A stretch of DNA of 64,000 bases from Minutocellus sp. GHC0000111 (GCA_977018835.1 OZ361259.1:3286001-3350000); one strand, 5' to 3'; counted from the first letter of the stretch, positions 1-13,347 are shown. Program-made: numbers and translations. The notes: generated by a model not told the origin, from the sequence alone.

Positions 1-585
1 CTTTGTGCCAGGCCTTGTGCCTCTTGGGCCGCGACGGATGCGCATCAATCAGTTCTCTCTCCTGCAATTGCATTGTGTCGTCGTCGTATCGTCGTATCTT
101 CGCATTGTCGCATCGCAATGTCCTGTCAACAAACTAGCATTCCGTCGTTCCACCGCCCTTCTCGCTTTCTCCAAAGCTACGAACACGTACGGTGAGTACA
201 TTGTCTGCTGCAAGTTTGGTGCATTGATCCTACAGACCGACTGGCGGGTGAGTCCTCCAGAAGGAGGTGCTTTCTGGTGGTGGGAGCAGGCCTGCGCTTC
301 CTATCATGGGGAGGTGCTTTCTTGTGGTGGGGGGTAAGCCTGACTGGGATGGGTTGGTCGTATCGATTGTGCGTAAGAGAACGTCTGTCCTTCGCTCACC
401 GCTTTTCCTCTCCTCGCGTTTTGACTGCCTCTCGCTCAATACCTCACATGATCGACGCTGTCGTCGGGGTCGGTGGACTGATTGCGCCGCTGCGTGCCGT
501 TGGGCTGCGCTTTGGGGAAGCGGTCGGAGTTGGTTGCCTTGAGTGGTGGCTAACCCTAACCCTGGTGTTATCTTCCTTTAGTATC

Positions 586-1128
586 ATGGCGTCGTTTTCG
601 CGGTTTGCGATTGAAGCATTTGGCGCAGATTCAGCACCATGGTTTGACGAACGCATCCGCCAGAGGATGGGGACACGCTCCAGGCTCGATCCAAGTAGAG
701 AACCCCCAGTGTCAGTCCTCGAGGGACTTGTTGGCAAACGGCGCTGCAGCGATATTTTGGGCGACGACCCTTTCGATTTTACCACTTGGTATCACATTGA
801 TCATCACGAGGACGGGTCCTTTCGCCTTCGCGTCCGGTATCCTCCAGCTGTCGACAACGAGCTTGTGACTGTGGCCGCGGTCCTGATGCCTGTCTCTGCC
901 AACAACAAGCGTGAATCTTTAGCCGAAGGCTTCATATTCAATAGCAAAAAGGAGGCTAGGCATACAGCAGCATTCATATTCATCGTAAAGCTTCTCGACC
1001 ACGCCGACGAGAATCCGCCCGCACGAAATTGGCGCAACGTCCTTCCCGCCGAGGAGCCTGTAGAGGAGGTTGCGGCCGAGGAGGCCGAGGCGGCGAGGGC
1101 TGCGGAGGGAGAGTTAGGGCAAAATTAA
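586..1128 (+). CDS. Small protein with a dsRNA-binding-domain (dsRBD)-like signature and an acidic Ala/Glu tail
   Basis: ATG at 586 follows an intron-like acceptor (ctaac...cttcctttag). PVSVLEGLVGK resembles dsRBD helix 1 and SKKEARHTAAFIFIVKLL resembles dsRBD helix 2 (KKxAxxxAA). Confidence 0.45.
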   Translation: MASFSRFAIEAFGADSAPWFDERIRQRMGTRSRLDPSREPPVSVLEGLVGKRRCSDILGDDPFDFTTWYHIDHHEDGSFRLRVRYPPAVDNELVTVAAVLMPVSANNKRESLAEGFIFNSKKEARHTAAFIFIVKLLDHADENPPARNWRNVLPAEEPVEEVAAEEAEAARAAEGELGQN

Positions 1129-1321
1129 ATGAATTTTAATTGATAGATGTAGGGATGCATACCAGGTAAGGGTCGCGGTCCTCCCCGCGGCTTGGCCACT
1201 TTGCTGTCTCCCCGCGCTCATGCCTCGATTAATAGAAGAATGAATGTCCTCCCACGAAAATACTACTATACAGAGTCAGCTGATCGAGGTGTGCGAATCT
1301 CACCTCCCATTATAGAAGAGG

Positions 1322-2278
1322 TTAGAAGACCGCCCGCTCCAGGCCACGCAGAATGCGAAGATCCCTTCCTCTCACCACTCCAATCATATCAGCAATGTGC
1401 TTCCGAATTCCAGGGTGACCCGATAGGCATTGAACAATGCTGTGCGGCCTCTGCTCGCTGTTCCACAAAGACAGCTGTTGGTCTTCTGATAGGCTCTCCA
1501 TGATGGTAGTTGTAGAATTCGGTGACCGAAGCTTTTGGTTTAACAATTTGCGCAGTTCCTCTGTGGTGAATTGGGCATGAGGGAAGGTTCCCATGAGGAA
1601 CACCAGAAAGTTGTCATGCTCTGCTATGGCATCTCTTGCCCAGTTTCGCAAGAATATCGTGTCGTCACTATACCCCCCGAAGGCTTCTTCGATATGATCC
1701 GCGCACACAACACCATCATCATCTGGGCACAGAGCTTCGTTGAGAATCAACCAGCGACAAATCTGACGCAAACGACCACCTTCATCTTCATAACGTATTT
1801 TGCGAATCGCATTAGAAAGGGGGCTGTCATGGAAGTCGTTTATCAATCGAATATCCCCCCGTGCACCGTATTCGCATAGCCATTTGCAGATATCTAAATG
1901 CCCTCCGCGAGCGGCGGCGAATATGGGAGAACAGTAAAGGTTCCCCCCTTTGCTTTCGTCGTCGTCATCGTAATCATCGACCCAGTTTTGAGTTGTGGAG
2001 GCGCCTTTGGAGAGCAAGTATCGGCACATCATGAGATCACCGACAGCGCAAAAATAAGACATGGGGAGATAATCATCATCAGCGTACCCTTCAATTGGAA
2101 TTGCACTGACGGAATCAACAGGCCTATCGGGGTCGAAGCCAACCTCCTCGAGCTTCTTGCGAGCGGTTTCCTCATCGTCCATCGGTCCGCCGAACGCCAC
2201 GATTTCATTGTGCTTTTGCTTCTTCGCGGGCCGATCGCCTCCACCACTTTCTCCAGCTAATTCCACCGCATCCGACAT
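1322..2278 (-). CDS. Ankyrin-repeat protein
   Basis: PMSYFCAVGDLMMCRYLLSKGA and SPIFAAARGGHLDICKWLCEYGA are ankyrin repeats. First ATG at 2278. Confidence 0.8.
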   Translation of the reverse strand: MSDAVELAGESGGGDRPAKKQKHNEIVAFGGPMDDEETARKKLEEVGFDPDRPVDSVSAIPIEGYADDDYLPMSYFCAVGDLMMCRYLLSKGASTTQNWVDDYDDDDESKGGNLYCSPIFAAARGGHLDICKWLCEYGARGDIRLINDFHDSPLSNAIRKIRYEDEGGRLRQICRWLILNEALCPDDDGVVCADHIEEAFGGYSDDTIFLRNWARDAIAEHDNFLVFLMGTFPHAQFTTEELRKLLNQKLRSPNSTTTIMESLSEDQQLSLWNSEQRPHSIVQCLSGHPGIRKHIADMIGVVRGRDLRILRGLERAVF

Positions 2279-2709
2279 GATAGAACGATATCGATTCAAA
2301 GGTGTATCGAGCGGTGAAGAGGGGCAATAATGGCGTATCCAGCCCGAGTAAAAGTCAACACAAGACGCTTCCGTGAGCGTCGACGGCCAGACGGCCAGAA
2401 GAGAGGACCCTTTCTACCTTTTCGAACGAAAACTCGGGGTTTTCTTGCCAAATCCAGAACCCGCTCGACACCAGCCAGGACGTGCTTATGTGCAGAACAA
2501 TGAAGACCTGCTCATCCATGACGCTTTCATGTATGCTTCTTTAGTCAGAACCCTCCTCCAGGCACTCCATGCAATCAATTGCATTTAGTAACAGAATAAT
2601 ACCACCTCTGATCATTAGGCGAATCATATCGCAATCAGTTCAACGATCGAAAACTGCACTCATCTCTCGCAAACCGACCCGACATCTCGGAACGCTACAA
2701 TTGCAATCG

Positions 2710-5300
2710 ATGCGAACTCACTCGACATCTCTGCTGGCCCTGTCTGCATCTGCCGCAGATGCCTTTGTGGCCCCACGTAGTGTATTATCAACGCATATTC
2801 GATTGTTTTCAACGCTCTCACCAGACGAAATCAGCAAAGGCAACAGCGAACATCTCGTACCAGCCCCAGACCATCCGCCGTTACCGGCCTCCAGTCTTCG
2901 GTGGCATGTCGACCCATCAACGTTCAATTTCACCACCACTGGAAAATGGCGGTGCACTGCTCAATCAGGCCCGCGCCCGCTCGGCCATTGAATTCGGCGT
3001 CCACATGAAGCGAGATGGGTACAATTTATTTGTGCTGGGACCACAGGGAATGGGCAAGCGTACCATCGTCAAGAAGTATCTGCAGGAAGTGAGCAGCAAG
3101 GAATCCTCCACCACGCCGCCAGATTGGTGCTACGTGCACAACTTTGTCGATGCCGACAAGCCCAAGGCCATTAGTGTGGCGGCCGGTATGGGCAAGGAGC
3201 TCAAGAAGGACGTTGCGACGCTCACCGAGGAGCTTCAAACGGCCATACCGGAGGCCCTCGAAAAAACGAGCACAAGCAAAAGATTGAGGACAGTACCAAA
3301 TCCGTGTTTGGCGAGAATGAGCGTCAGATTGAGAACATATTTGAGGAAGCAAAGGGGAGCGGACTCTCTATCGCTCGGACGCAGACCGGATCGTTCGTCA
3401 TTGCCGGACCGGAGAAGAAGGAGGACGGCGAGCCCTTCAGTCCGGAAGAAGAGGAGTTCAAGGCCAAAGCCGCGAAAGAGCTGCAGCCTCGAGTCGAGAA
3501 GCTCATCAATGAAGTGCCCAAATTGCGCAAAGAAGCGATGTCCAAGGCAAAGGATTTGAATCGAAATTGTGCCAAGGGAGTAATTGATGACCACATGGCG
3601 TCGTTACGCACAAAATATGGCGAGTTCGATGAAGTCATAGCTCACTTGAACGCCTTACGGGACGATATGATGGAAAATTACGACCGCATCCACTCCGAAA
3701 ACGAGGAGAATGAATCGTCATTATCCATCATGTCCCAACCCAAGCGCCTATCGTTCGAAAAATACCACATCAACTCGTTCGTGGACAACTCTGAAGTAGA
3801 AGGCGCTCCGGTGATATATGAGGAACACCCTTTTCATCACAACCTCATGGGAAGAATCGACCACGCCTCAATGATGGGGTCGCTTGTAACCAATTTTTCC
3901 CTCATCAAGTGCGGTGCGCTACACAAGGCAAACGGCGGATATTTGGTACTTCGTGCGAGGGATGTGTTAATGCAGCCATTTGCGTGGGAATCATTGAAAA
4001 GAGCCATAAGAGGTCACTCGGTGAAGATCGAGAGCCTCGGAGCAGAACTGTCACTAATAAGCACAGTGACAATCCAACCTGAGCCCATCAGTTTGGACGT
4101 AAAAGTGGTTCTTCTTGGTGATCGTATGCTCTATTACTTATTGCAACAGTATGATCCTGACTTCGATGAGATCTTCAAGGTTGCGGCTGACTTCAATGAT
4201 GATGTCGACCGCTCAGATGAGTCCTGTCAGCTATATGCACAGATGCTCGCAACAATCGCGAACTCTGAAGAAACAAGGGCTCTGGACCGAGATGCTGTCG
4301 CCGGTGTAATAGAACAAGCGGCCCGGAGAGTTGGTGATCAAGAAAAGCTTTCTACTCACATGACTACCGTGACTGACCTGCTTCGCGAGGCCGATTTTTA
4401 TGCCGAGGCAGACAGCTCAAGCATAATTTGCGGAAGACACGTTGAGAAGGCACTAGAAGAGCAAATCTATAGAGCCGACAGAGTTCGAGAGCTGATTTAT
4501 GAGCAAATTCGCCGCGGTACACTCATTATAGATGTAGATGGGTCTGCGATCGGGCAGGTTAATGGACTCAGCGTCTTGGCTCTCGGAAAGCTGGCCTTTG
4601 GTCGTCCCTCAAAGATTACGGCAACCACGCGCCTGGGTCGGGGCAAAGTTGCTGATATTGAGCGTGAGGTAGAACTTGGTGGCAGTATACACTCCAAGGG
4701 CGTCATGATTCTCTCGTCTCTATTGGCGCATCGGTACGCAAAGGAGTTCCCACTCGCCGTGTCAGCTAGTTTGGTATTTGAGCAGTCATACGGCCAAATC
4801 GATGGTGACTCGGCATCAATGGCGGAGCTTTGTGCTATTTTATCATCGTTGAGCGGCGTGCCAATCAAGCAGAACCTCGCAATTACTGGCAGTACAAATC
4901 AATTTGGTCAAGCACAGCCAATCGGTGGTGCTACTGAGAAGATTGAAGGCTTCTGCGATGTTTGCAAAGCATCAGCTACAGGCCTCACCGGTGAACAAGG
5001 CGTGCTGATTCCAGAAAGCAACGCCCCTCACCTCATGCTTCGGCCTGATATTGTTGAGGCAGCGCAGCAAGGAAAATTTCATGTCTACACATACAAAAAT
5101 GTTGACGAGGCACTGTCTTTGTTGACTGGGGTAGACGCCGGAGAGCTAGACAGTAAAGGAAATATCCAGAAGGCACATTGAATTTCAAGGTAGATGAGAA
5201 GCTGCACGAGTATTCAATCATACTAAAAAATCTGGAAAGTACCGACGAGGAAGAAGTAATTAATGGAGAGAAAAGGGAAAAGTATTTTTTTACGTTGTAG
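2710..5300 (+). CDS. Plastid-targeted bacterial-type Lon-like protease (AAA_32 + Lon_C, LonB/LonC/YcbZ-like); three apparent frameshifts (~2941, ~3262, ~5161)
   Basis: Presequence MRTHSTSLLALSASAADAFVAP; Walker A GPQGMGKRT; GALHKANGGYL; catalytic Ser in IDGDSAS and Lys in IGGATEKIEGF. The C-terminal YPEGTLNFKVDEKL is recovered by adding one A at ~5161. Confidence 0.85.
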
Positions 5301-5342
5301 TCCATAAAAGCTAAGCATTTTACCACTGAGCTAGTGAGTCTA

Positions 5343-8297
5343 TTAGTTGAAACCCTCGGGCCCCGCCGCTTTGATTGTATCGTCAAATACTTGCTTTCTC
5401 AATAAGATTCGAATACTTCCTTCATAATCGCATGTGATGATTGCAGCACTAGAAAGATCATGATCCAGATCATCGAGCTGGTCTGAGATGGTCGGAAATA
5501 GACCACTTCGCTTCATGGCACGCTTCAACACAATAGTCGGAACAAAGTGTGCATCAGTAACAATTGGCTTCCGCTGATAGTTCGTAACTTGAAAGCTCTC
5601 GCTTGCCCATGACTTTTCGATTCCCCTACTGGTATGGATACCGTGCGAATCAATGCTCAAAGGGCGAGTTCGTGCGGTAGCATTCCAAATGTGCATCAAC
5701 CCACCGCTATCCGACCCCGAGATGATGTACTGTCCCGACTCGCTTATCCGTGCCTTGATTTGGAGGCTAGTGCTCTTCAAGCCCTTGTACTTCTTTTCTT
5801 GACAGTAGTCATCGAGTCCAAAGAGCCGCAGTCTCGAGTCGTTAGTGGACACAAGAATTTGTTCCTTGAACATTAAAGCATTTCGATCACGTCGTTTCAT
5901 CCGATGAAAGGCGACCTTGATGAGCTTGGGTGATACCTTCAGTTTTCTTGCCTGCCTCCGAACTTCTTCTAGATTCATAGATTTTCTGTTGAGCCGTCTT
6001 CTTCTCTTTGTCGGTGACGGCGTTTCTTTGTCACAATAGTCCTTGACAGTACTGGTAGGCGAAGTGCAGGACAGAGACCGCTCTCTTCCGTCGACATCCT
6101 TTCTCATTCGACGAAACGAGAACCCCGTGACTTTTGCTCCACTTTGTTTAGACCCATGCCGATCTCTAGCAGAGACCTGAGTGTAATACTTGAGACCATC
6201 TGGTGTTTAAAATAGAACTTGGCCACGGAACAATCCTGCGACGACATATTCTTCGTCAGGTGTGAAGGTCACAGAGGAAATACGATCTGGAGCCTGCGCC
6301 CACTCGGTAACTCGACCCGAGGGGGTATCCCAGACCCTTACCTTTCGATCGAAGCTCCCCGAGACAAAGTATTTGTCTTTCGTTGGGTGGAAGCTAACCG
6401 AAGTGACGAACGAAGCATGGGCAAAGGTCTTGAGGCTTGTCTTCTTGCTTACATGCCACAGTCGAACCGTCTTGTCCAAGGAGGCGGTGAGAAGAAAGCC
6501 CGTTCGTGACCAGGACAAATCGAAAATATCCGCGGTATGCTCTCGATATCTACGCAAGGGTTTGGAAGAAAGAATCTCAATGTCGGTGCCTAGTGCGGGC
6601 CCGCTACCTCGAGGATCTGTCGGTGGTGGTGCTCCTTTGGCTTCCTCCCACTCTTTCAGAGCGGCTGCCGTTGGGCAGAGGTCGATAGATTTTGGCTTCT
6701 TTGGGGCCACTTGGTAGATTGAAAGAAGACCATCATCACCAGCAGTGGCCAAATATCGTCCATCGGGGCTAAACTCCATCCTCCAGATTGGCCCGGCGTG
6801 GGCCAGGGTGATGCTGCCGATGAGAAGGAGAGGATCAAAATCTACAGCTCCCACTGCCTTGCCTACATTTGTTCCGCTCTGAGCTGTGACGACATTTTTG
6901 GGCAAGACATCCACAGGCTGAACCCCACCATCATTTGATTGGGCGCGCCGACGAAGCTTGATAGGACTAGTAAATTTGGGAGAGAATTCTTTAAACAGAC
7001 GTCTGGGACTTGGCAGCGTCACTGCCCGACGAAGTCGCAAATGGCCCCGTCGGCTGTGCTCCGAGGAGGATGGGGTATACACGTCCAGCGATGTGGAACC
7101 ATCATTCGATATAGAGGAGCCGTTCAAGTTTTCGTGCACTGCAAGTTCAATCTCCCCGTCGTCGTGAGTCTGGGCAATATCAATGCGAGGGCTATCGTCT
7201 GAGACGTCCTCCAACAAAAATGGATTGTCGTCATTATTTTGATCGTCAGAAGAAGCATCGGTTGAAGTAGTAGTTCGATCAGAATTTCTCGTCAGAGGAG
7301 ACTGTTCTTTGTGGGGACTTCTTGGAGACCAAGTCTTGTACCTTCGCAATGAAGACATCTTGGGTGCTTTGGACGCAGCATCTCTCATTTCGTCGTCGCC
7401 CTCCGGCAAGGGTGACGGTAGCCATTTCTCGGGTGATTTGGATAGGACCTTGTCCACCTCATTGTCCTCTCGTCTGCTGCTTTGACCTTCATCGTGCAGC
7501 AATCTGCATTTCGATATCGGGGAGTATGAGCACGACGACAAATCTTGATGCTCTATGGACTGGGCATACTCTAATGCATAGATATCTGCCGCCGATGGTG
7601 ATGCCATGTTGTACGATCGAGAGGGGTCGATGGCGCAAAATCTGCCACTATCTTCACCGCTGCTGTACCCATCAACGCTACCATCGTCGCATATATTCAC
7701 CTCATGAATGGAAACGACGGGGTGGATCGTATCATTTTCTTCGTACTCATCACGGGATGCATCGCGAGATGCTGTACCATGACTTTGTTGGTCGTGGGCA
7801 CTCGGCGATACCGACCTCTTTTCAATTTCGTGTTGCGTCCGCGTACGATGGTCCATTTCCGGCATGCTCATCGCCTCCTTTTTCGATGAACCCATACAAA
7901 GCCAAGCATTTTGCATTGTGACTTTATCGACACGAGGTCCGAGCCTTCGAAAGGCCGAGTTGGGCGAAACACCTGGCAAAGGCAGCGTCGTCGTCGATGT
8001 GGCATTGCTACTTTTGGGAGTTGGCGGCGGCAGACACAAGGTCAAATCCGCATGTCCAATATCACATTTCTCCTCGAAAGCATTGGCATGATCATCATCA
8101 TCGAACCACTGCGCCGATCGATTCTGTGGCGGCGTCTTCTTGTGTTGACTGCCAGTCGGCGACGTCTTTTCCACAGGCTTCGGAATCATATCATGCTCAT
8201 TAAAACTCTCCAAGGATGCATTGGAAAGCAAATCAAGGGCATCGTAGAACACAGTGGAGGTGTCCGATGGCGACGAGATCGTCTGCACATCGATCAT
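5343..8297 (-). CDS. WDR44: WD40-repeat protein, WDR44-like; one in-frame TAA at 6207-6209
   Basis: WD repeats (AHAGPIWRMEFSPDGRYLATAGDDG, HTADIFDLSWS..LLTASLDKTVRLW, FVSGSFDRKVRVW). The same frame continues past TAA as TPDGLKYYTQV...ILVSTNDSRLRL. Confidence 0.8.
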
Positions 8298-8802
8298 GTT
8301 TATTTTGTGAACTACCGTTCCCTCGAAGGGAGCAGAACGCAACCGAATAATCGAATCAAGAGCCGAAATGTGTTCTGTTCCAAACAGTCACCACCAGATC
8401 TTGCTCAATCTACCTTCTCCTCTCTTTGTGCTAAGAATGATGGTTCATTCGATTCGACTCCCAATTTTTCTTCTTTCTTCTTCTTCACACTGCAAGGGGA
8501 GGCCCAAATTAAGCACGCGACAGACACCGTCCTCTTGTTGTTTGGCAGTTATTTGACCAAATTGCTGGAGGTGAGCCGACCGCTCTCGCTTGGATTGATG
8601 GTGCCAAACGAGGTCTTGGTCGGTGCCAATATCCCAAGCGCGCATCCCGCTGTTTTGCAGATGTGCCAGCTTGCATTTTACGGTCGACGTACAGACGCAA
8701 TTATCCCAAGAGTCAGTCCGTCGACCGGATCTGCTACCGCTCGAGGAAGATGCTGATGGCAAAACGACGGCCCCTCCCTGCCTGCCGACAGAGAGAGCAG
8801 GC

Positions 8803-11577
8803 ATGACCGCCGAGCTGACCCAAACGATGGCCGAGCACGGCATATCTTCGTCTGCTGATATGTCGACGGATGAGGCTCTGGTGTACCGCCTTTTGGACTC
8901 CGTCGCCGCCGACGGTGGACTCACCGAGGATGCCAAGAAGGAGGTGCGTGTTGTGTGAGCGGTGCGCCAGTGTTATGTGCATGGTTTGGATCATCTCAAT
9001 CGTTGAATAATGGACAGAATCTATTCAGGGAGTAGCTTGCCTGCGAGTTGGTGTCCTTGGCATGTGTTTTACTGCATTTCATCGAAATGGACGAACGCAA
9101 GAAGTTAGCACAAGAAGTGCCGAGTTTCCAGAAACACAAACGCACGAAGAATTATTGGGGCATGTCTTCTGCCAGTCTCGCGAACGAAGAGTATCGATGC
9201 AGTGCCATCCGCCTTCTTCATCTGCCTTTTTTATCTAAGTATCTATGTATCAATGCGCACATCTCATTTATCTCGAATTTTGTGCTACCCTTTGCCTTGT
9301 ATCTTTCCATGATATTCGCAGATGGCCACCTTCCTCAAGGAGAACGAAAACGCCTACGCCGTCCTCTCGGATTGCATCGTCCGTCCTCTCATCATGACGA
9401 CGCTCTCCACCTCATCGAGTGATACTAGCGAACAAGACGAGATGCTTCCCATCAAACGGTCGTACCGAGCCACCAAGATACTCGAACAGGACGTGCAGTT
9501 GGCGGCCCAGATACAAAAGAGCGGTGGCAGCCTGGACGACATAGAGGAGAACGATGCGCTGATTTTGAACGGCACGAGGGCTGGTCTGTTGGCCAAGAAG
9601 TTGTTTGGAGCCTATGATCAAAAAGAAGAGGAGGACAGTGGAAAAGATTTAGCTGATCAACAGCAATACCTCCGTCCGCACATTCCGCACGTCAACCATT
9701 TGCTCAAGTCCCTCCTCGAGGGGTATGCCAACGCCGTGTGTATGGCAGCCTGCGCCGGAGGGAAGGAGGGCATCGAGGCCCACCTCGGACCCATGCTGAC
9801 CTACCGGTCCATGTCCTCCGCTTCGACCAAGGCAGCCGAATCCGGTGCCGACATTGGCAGCGCCGCCAGCTTGGAAAGTCCCCTGCCGACCTTGGCGGCC
9901 ATTGTCACCACGGGCTGCACCGGAAGACTGTCGTCGAATGCCGCCACGGAACAGACCCGAAATCAACAGATGATGAACAATCCCATGATGATGGCCCAGC
10001 AGGCTCAGGAATTTCATAACAGCACCAATCATCTTATCTCCAAGGGCCATCGACGGAAATTTGTCCGTAGCTTGGCCGATTGGGATTTGCTGACCAGGCT
10101 GGCCGACTGCATCGACCATCCCGGTACCGACGAGAGTGCCCTGTATCGAAGTGAGGCGGCATGCGATGCCTTGTTGTCGATTGTGGATACCGTTGGATTT
10201 CCTCCCATGCCGCCACCGGGTGTGGTTATGGATGCCACGAAAAAGAAGGAGATGGAGGAGAGTGTCGGTGAGGAGGCGCTGTTGGCACCGCTGGCGACCG
10301 ATGACTTTTTGCATCATTTGACGCACTGTGTTACCGGCGGCAGTTTGAACAATTCGCTTTCGGCATCACGCGCACTGTTGGGTTTGTTTGATTTAGCAAC
10401 TGGAAGGAGCAAGAACCATTCGGCTCCACCGGCGTTGGATGCGGCCGATGCCGATGAAGCTACCAGCGAAGCCGCCAAGGCTGTTGAGGACACGGTCGAG
10501 GTTATCAACAAAATCAAAAAGAGCGGACTGACCACATCAATGCATCAGCGTTTGATTGGCAGTATTGATGTGCTGGTGAAGGGCATCGATGTCTATGCGC
10601 TAGCAGATGGTGGATCGATCGATACAAGGAGTGAAGAGAATAGTGACGATGATAATGGCGGCGCTGTTCGTCATCCCGGCCATTATGCCATCAAACGACC
10701 CTTTACTTCTCGGAGGCTGCATCTCATCAGCCTTTTGGCGGACATTGTTGACTTTGATAACGCGAATGGCGATTCCACCGAAAATAAGGAAGAGGAGATC
10801 CACGACCACTCTGCCGCAAAGGTGGCAATCGATGCCATTTGCGCATTACCCCTTCCGCCCTCTTGCGGTGGAAAGGCTGACGAGGTGAATGATTCCGATG
10901 ATATTGTCTACAACCCCTTCCCAGGTTTCGTTGACCTCCAATTTGCATACCCTGAGAACAACCTATATCAGATTCAATTTTATCGATTGCTTCACTCGCT
11001 CTGCATGACCAATCACGAGGATGGCCTCAAGGTTCTGGTACAAAAGACTAAATTCGTTGGCCGGGCAATCAAAGCGATCAAGAACGACGCAACCGTGTCC
11101 AACAAGGGTGTATTGCTACGATGTCTCAACGCTCTCCGATTGCACAGTCAATCCTTGTCAACACATTCATTCCTCCGGCATTATCTGGATAGCCACGATG
11201 GCTGGAAATCCTACCAAGAAACTTTGCGAAGTACTACGATTGAGCAACAGCGCCTTGGCGGCGGTATACCGATGCCGCCAGCCAACGGGTTTATGCCTGG
11301 AATGGGTATGGCGGGCTTGGTCGATGCAATCAACAGCAATCCGCTGCTAGCATCGGATGACGAGGCAAATGGCAAGGAGAACGATGAGTTCGATATAGAT
11401 CTGGGAAGTGTTTATGCCAACGATCTTGGCTTCGACTCGACCATCAAGCCTTTTGTCGGGGATGACTCGGCGTCTCCAGAAGATGGCACATCAGCAGACG
11501 GCAAGGCCGACGGTGCGGCGGAAGCGCCAAGAAAAAGAAGAAGAACAAAAAGAAAAAGAAGAAATAAAAATGTTTGA
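8803..11577 (+). CDS. SIT4/PP6 phosphatase-associated (SAPS)-like protein; exons 8803-8943 and 9322-11577
   Basis: GT..AG intron 8944-9321 joins the exons in phase 0. PFTSRRLHLISLL and FAYPENNLYQIQFYRLL resemble SAPS C-terminal motifs. Basic tail. Confidence 0.6.
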
Positions 11578-11636
11578 TCAATGTATGCTAAGCTTAATGT
11601 TATTGTATTCAGTCCTGCGTAGTTGTGTTGGCAGAT

Positions 11637-11698
11637 GTGAAACTAGCTAGACCTCCTCGATAAACGAGTGAAACTAGCTAGACCTCCTCGATAAACGA
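11637..11698. repeat. Perfect 31-bp tandem duplication (gtgaaactagctagacctcctcgataaacga x2) covering the stop codon of the TPR-RING gene
   Basis: Directly visible at 11637-11667 and 11668-11698. Confidence 0.95.
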
Positions 11699-13347
11699 GC
11701 CATCTCTCATTACTCGCATTGATCTCTGCTGTCTGCAGACTGGGCAGGGCATCTGCTTTATAATACGATGCCCGAGGAGAGCTTGTGCCATGTCTTCGGT
11801 TGATATCTTCCTTCCACAATACTGCCGGAAACAATGGTTGTGAAACAAATGGTCACAGCTCAGTGGATTGACAACAGTACCTTCCACCCCAAGCAGCGAT
11901 TCCATACATATAGGATCTGAAGATCAACCTCGCGCCCGGTCTGTTTGAGAGCCTCCGCAAGGCTTACAATATTTCTCTTGTCATCTTCTGCATCTTCATC
12001 TGATCTCGGAGTGTATGTTGGAAGGGGGCGTGACATCCAGGAAAGGCGTCTTGCTCGAATGAGTGTTCGCAACATTTCAATCTCCATTTCCGAGTTGCCC
12101 GCGATATTATAACCGCGGATGCAGGCAGACAAGAGGGTACTTATCATCGGAAAATGCACCACCTCAGTGGAACCGTTGAAAAGTTTTCTACACGTGCTTG
12201 ATACGGCCTCGCACATTTTGTTGACGTGATCGCAATCCATCTTCTTCAGAGTGACGGTCTCGAAAGTCGATTTGATAGAGTTCACATACTGTCTCACATC
12301 TTCCAAATTCAACCCTATCCATTCAACAACAACCAGCCTCAAACGAATGTCAACCATACAGCGCAACACGCCCATGTAGATCATGCCGGGTTTCAAAATA
12401 GTTCAACGAAGACTGAAGTAGGTCAACACCAGCAAGGAGTATTCTTCTGGTTTCCGCCAACCGATTATACAAGCTTGCTCGTTCGTCGTCACTCCACAAT
12501 TTGATTGTAGGGATGTAGGTAGACAAATTGATTTGTGACCGAATCATTTCCTTTATCATGAGGGCTCGGGCTTGCTTGCAATTTAATTCTGCGTGTAAAG
12601 TATTTGGAAGGAAGCCGGCCTCGTGTCCATCATCAGATTTGTCAGAAACATCATTCTGTCACCTTTCAGGAAAGGTCGACAGAGTGCTGCGGCCTCCGAA
12701 CATAACTCAACACTCCTATCGAGATGACCAGCAGCTGAAGCGATTGATATTTTGTTGGGACATTGAGCGTAGTTGTCTCTACACAGAGCCTTTGCAAGAA
12801 TAATTTCAATCTCAGCTCGCTCCAATATGATCTTGACCTTGAGATGAGAATCCAATTTGCCTGAACCAATCGGGGAAATCTCGGAAAGTTCGCGGGTAGC
12901 ATTGACCATCGCAGCGAAATCTACAGAATCTTTGGCGGAGTGCAGCCGATCCAACTTTTCATAAACTTGTGCCAAAAGTTCGTCATAGTATCTACATAGC
13001 CGATTAGCGTGATTGGGGCGCTCATGGACTGTATCATTTTCTTCGTCGATCGTGAGAGCAAGTGTGCAGTGTTCCTTTGCCTTGATGCCCATGCCAAGCA
13101 TCAAGTAGCATTCTGCCGAATTAGAATGCATAGTAAGTTGAAGAGATCGGATAGAGTCTAGAACGCCGTTGTTTCCATCAGAAATATACCCGTCATTTGC
13201 AAGTTTCTCCTCGGCACGATTCAGATGCCAGGGACCGTCGATGTACACATGGATTGCACCATCAAAACTATCTTCGTGGAATAGCTTGTTGCCTTCTTCC
13301 CTTCTCTTATGCGCTGTTTCAAAATACTCTTCCCATGCAGCAGTCAT
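11678..13347 (-). pseudogene. TPR-like N-terminus + C-terminal RING finger protein, broken into about 4 frames; paralog of 32807-34460
   Basis: AHKRREEGNKLF...HSNSAECYL (TPR-like) and PLSCDHLFHNHC...MPCPVCR (RING). Frame changes near 12600, 12400 and 11910. May be assembly error rather than a true pseudogene. Confidence 0.65.

Noticed and set aside
550..563. ctaaccctaaccct, resembling an interstitial (CCCTAA)n telomere repeat
   Set aside because: Only about 2 units, and it sits just upstream of a pyrimidine tract and AG, so it is better explained as an intron branch point (CTAAC).
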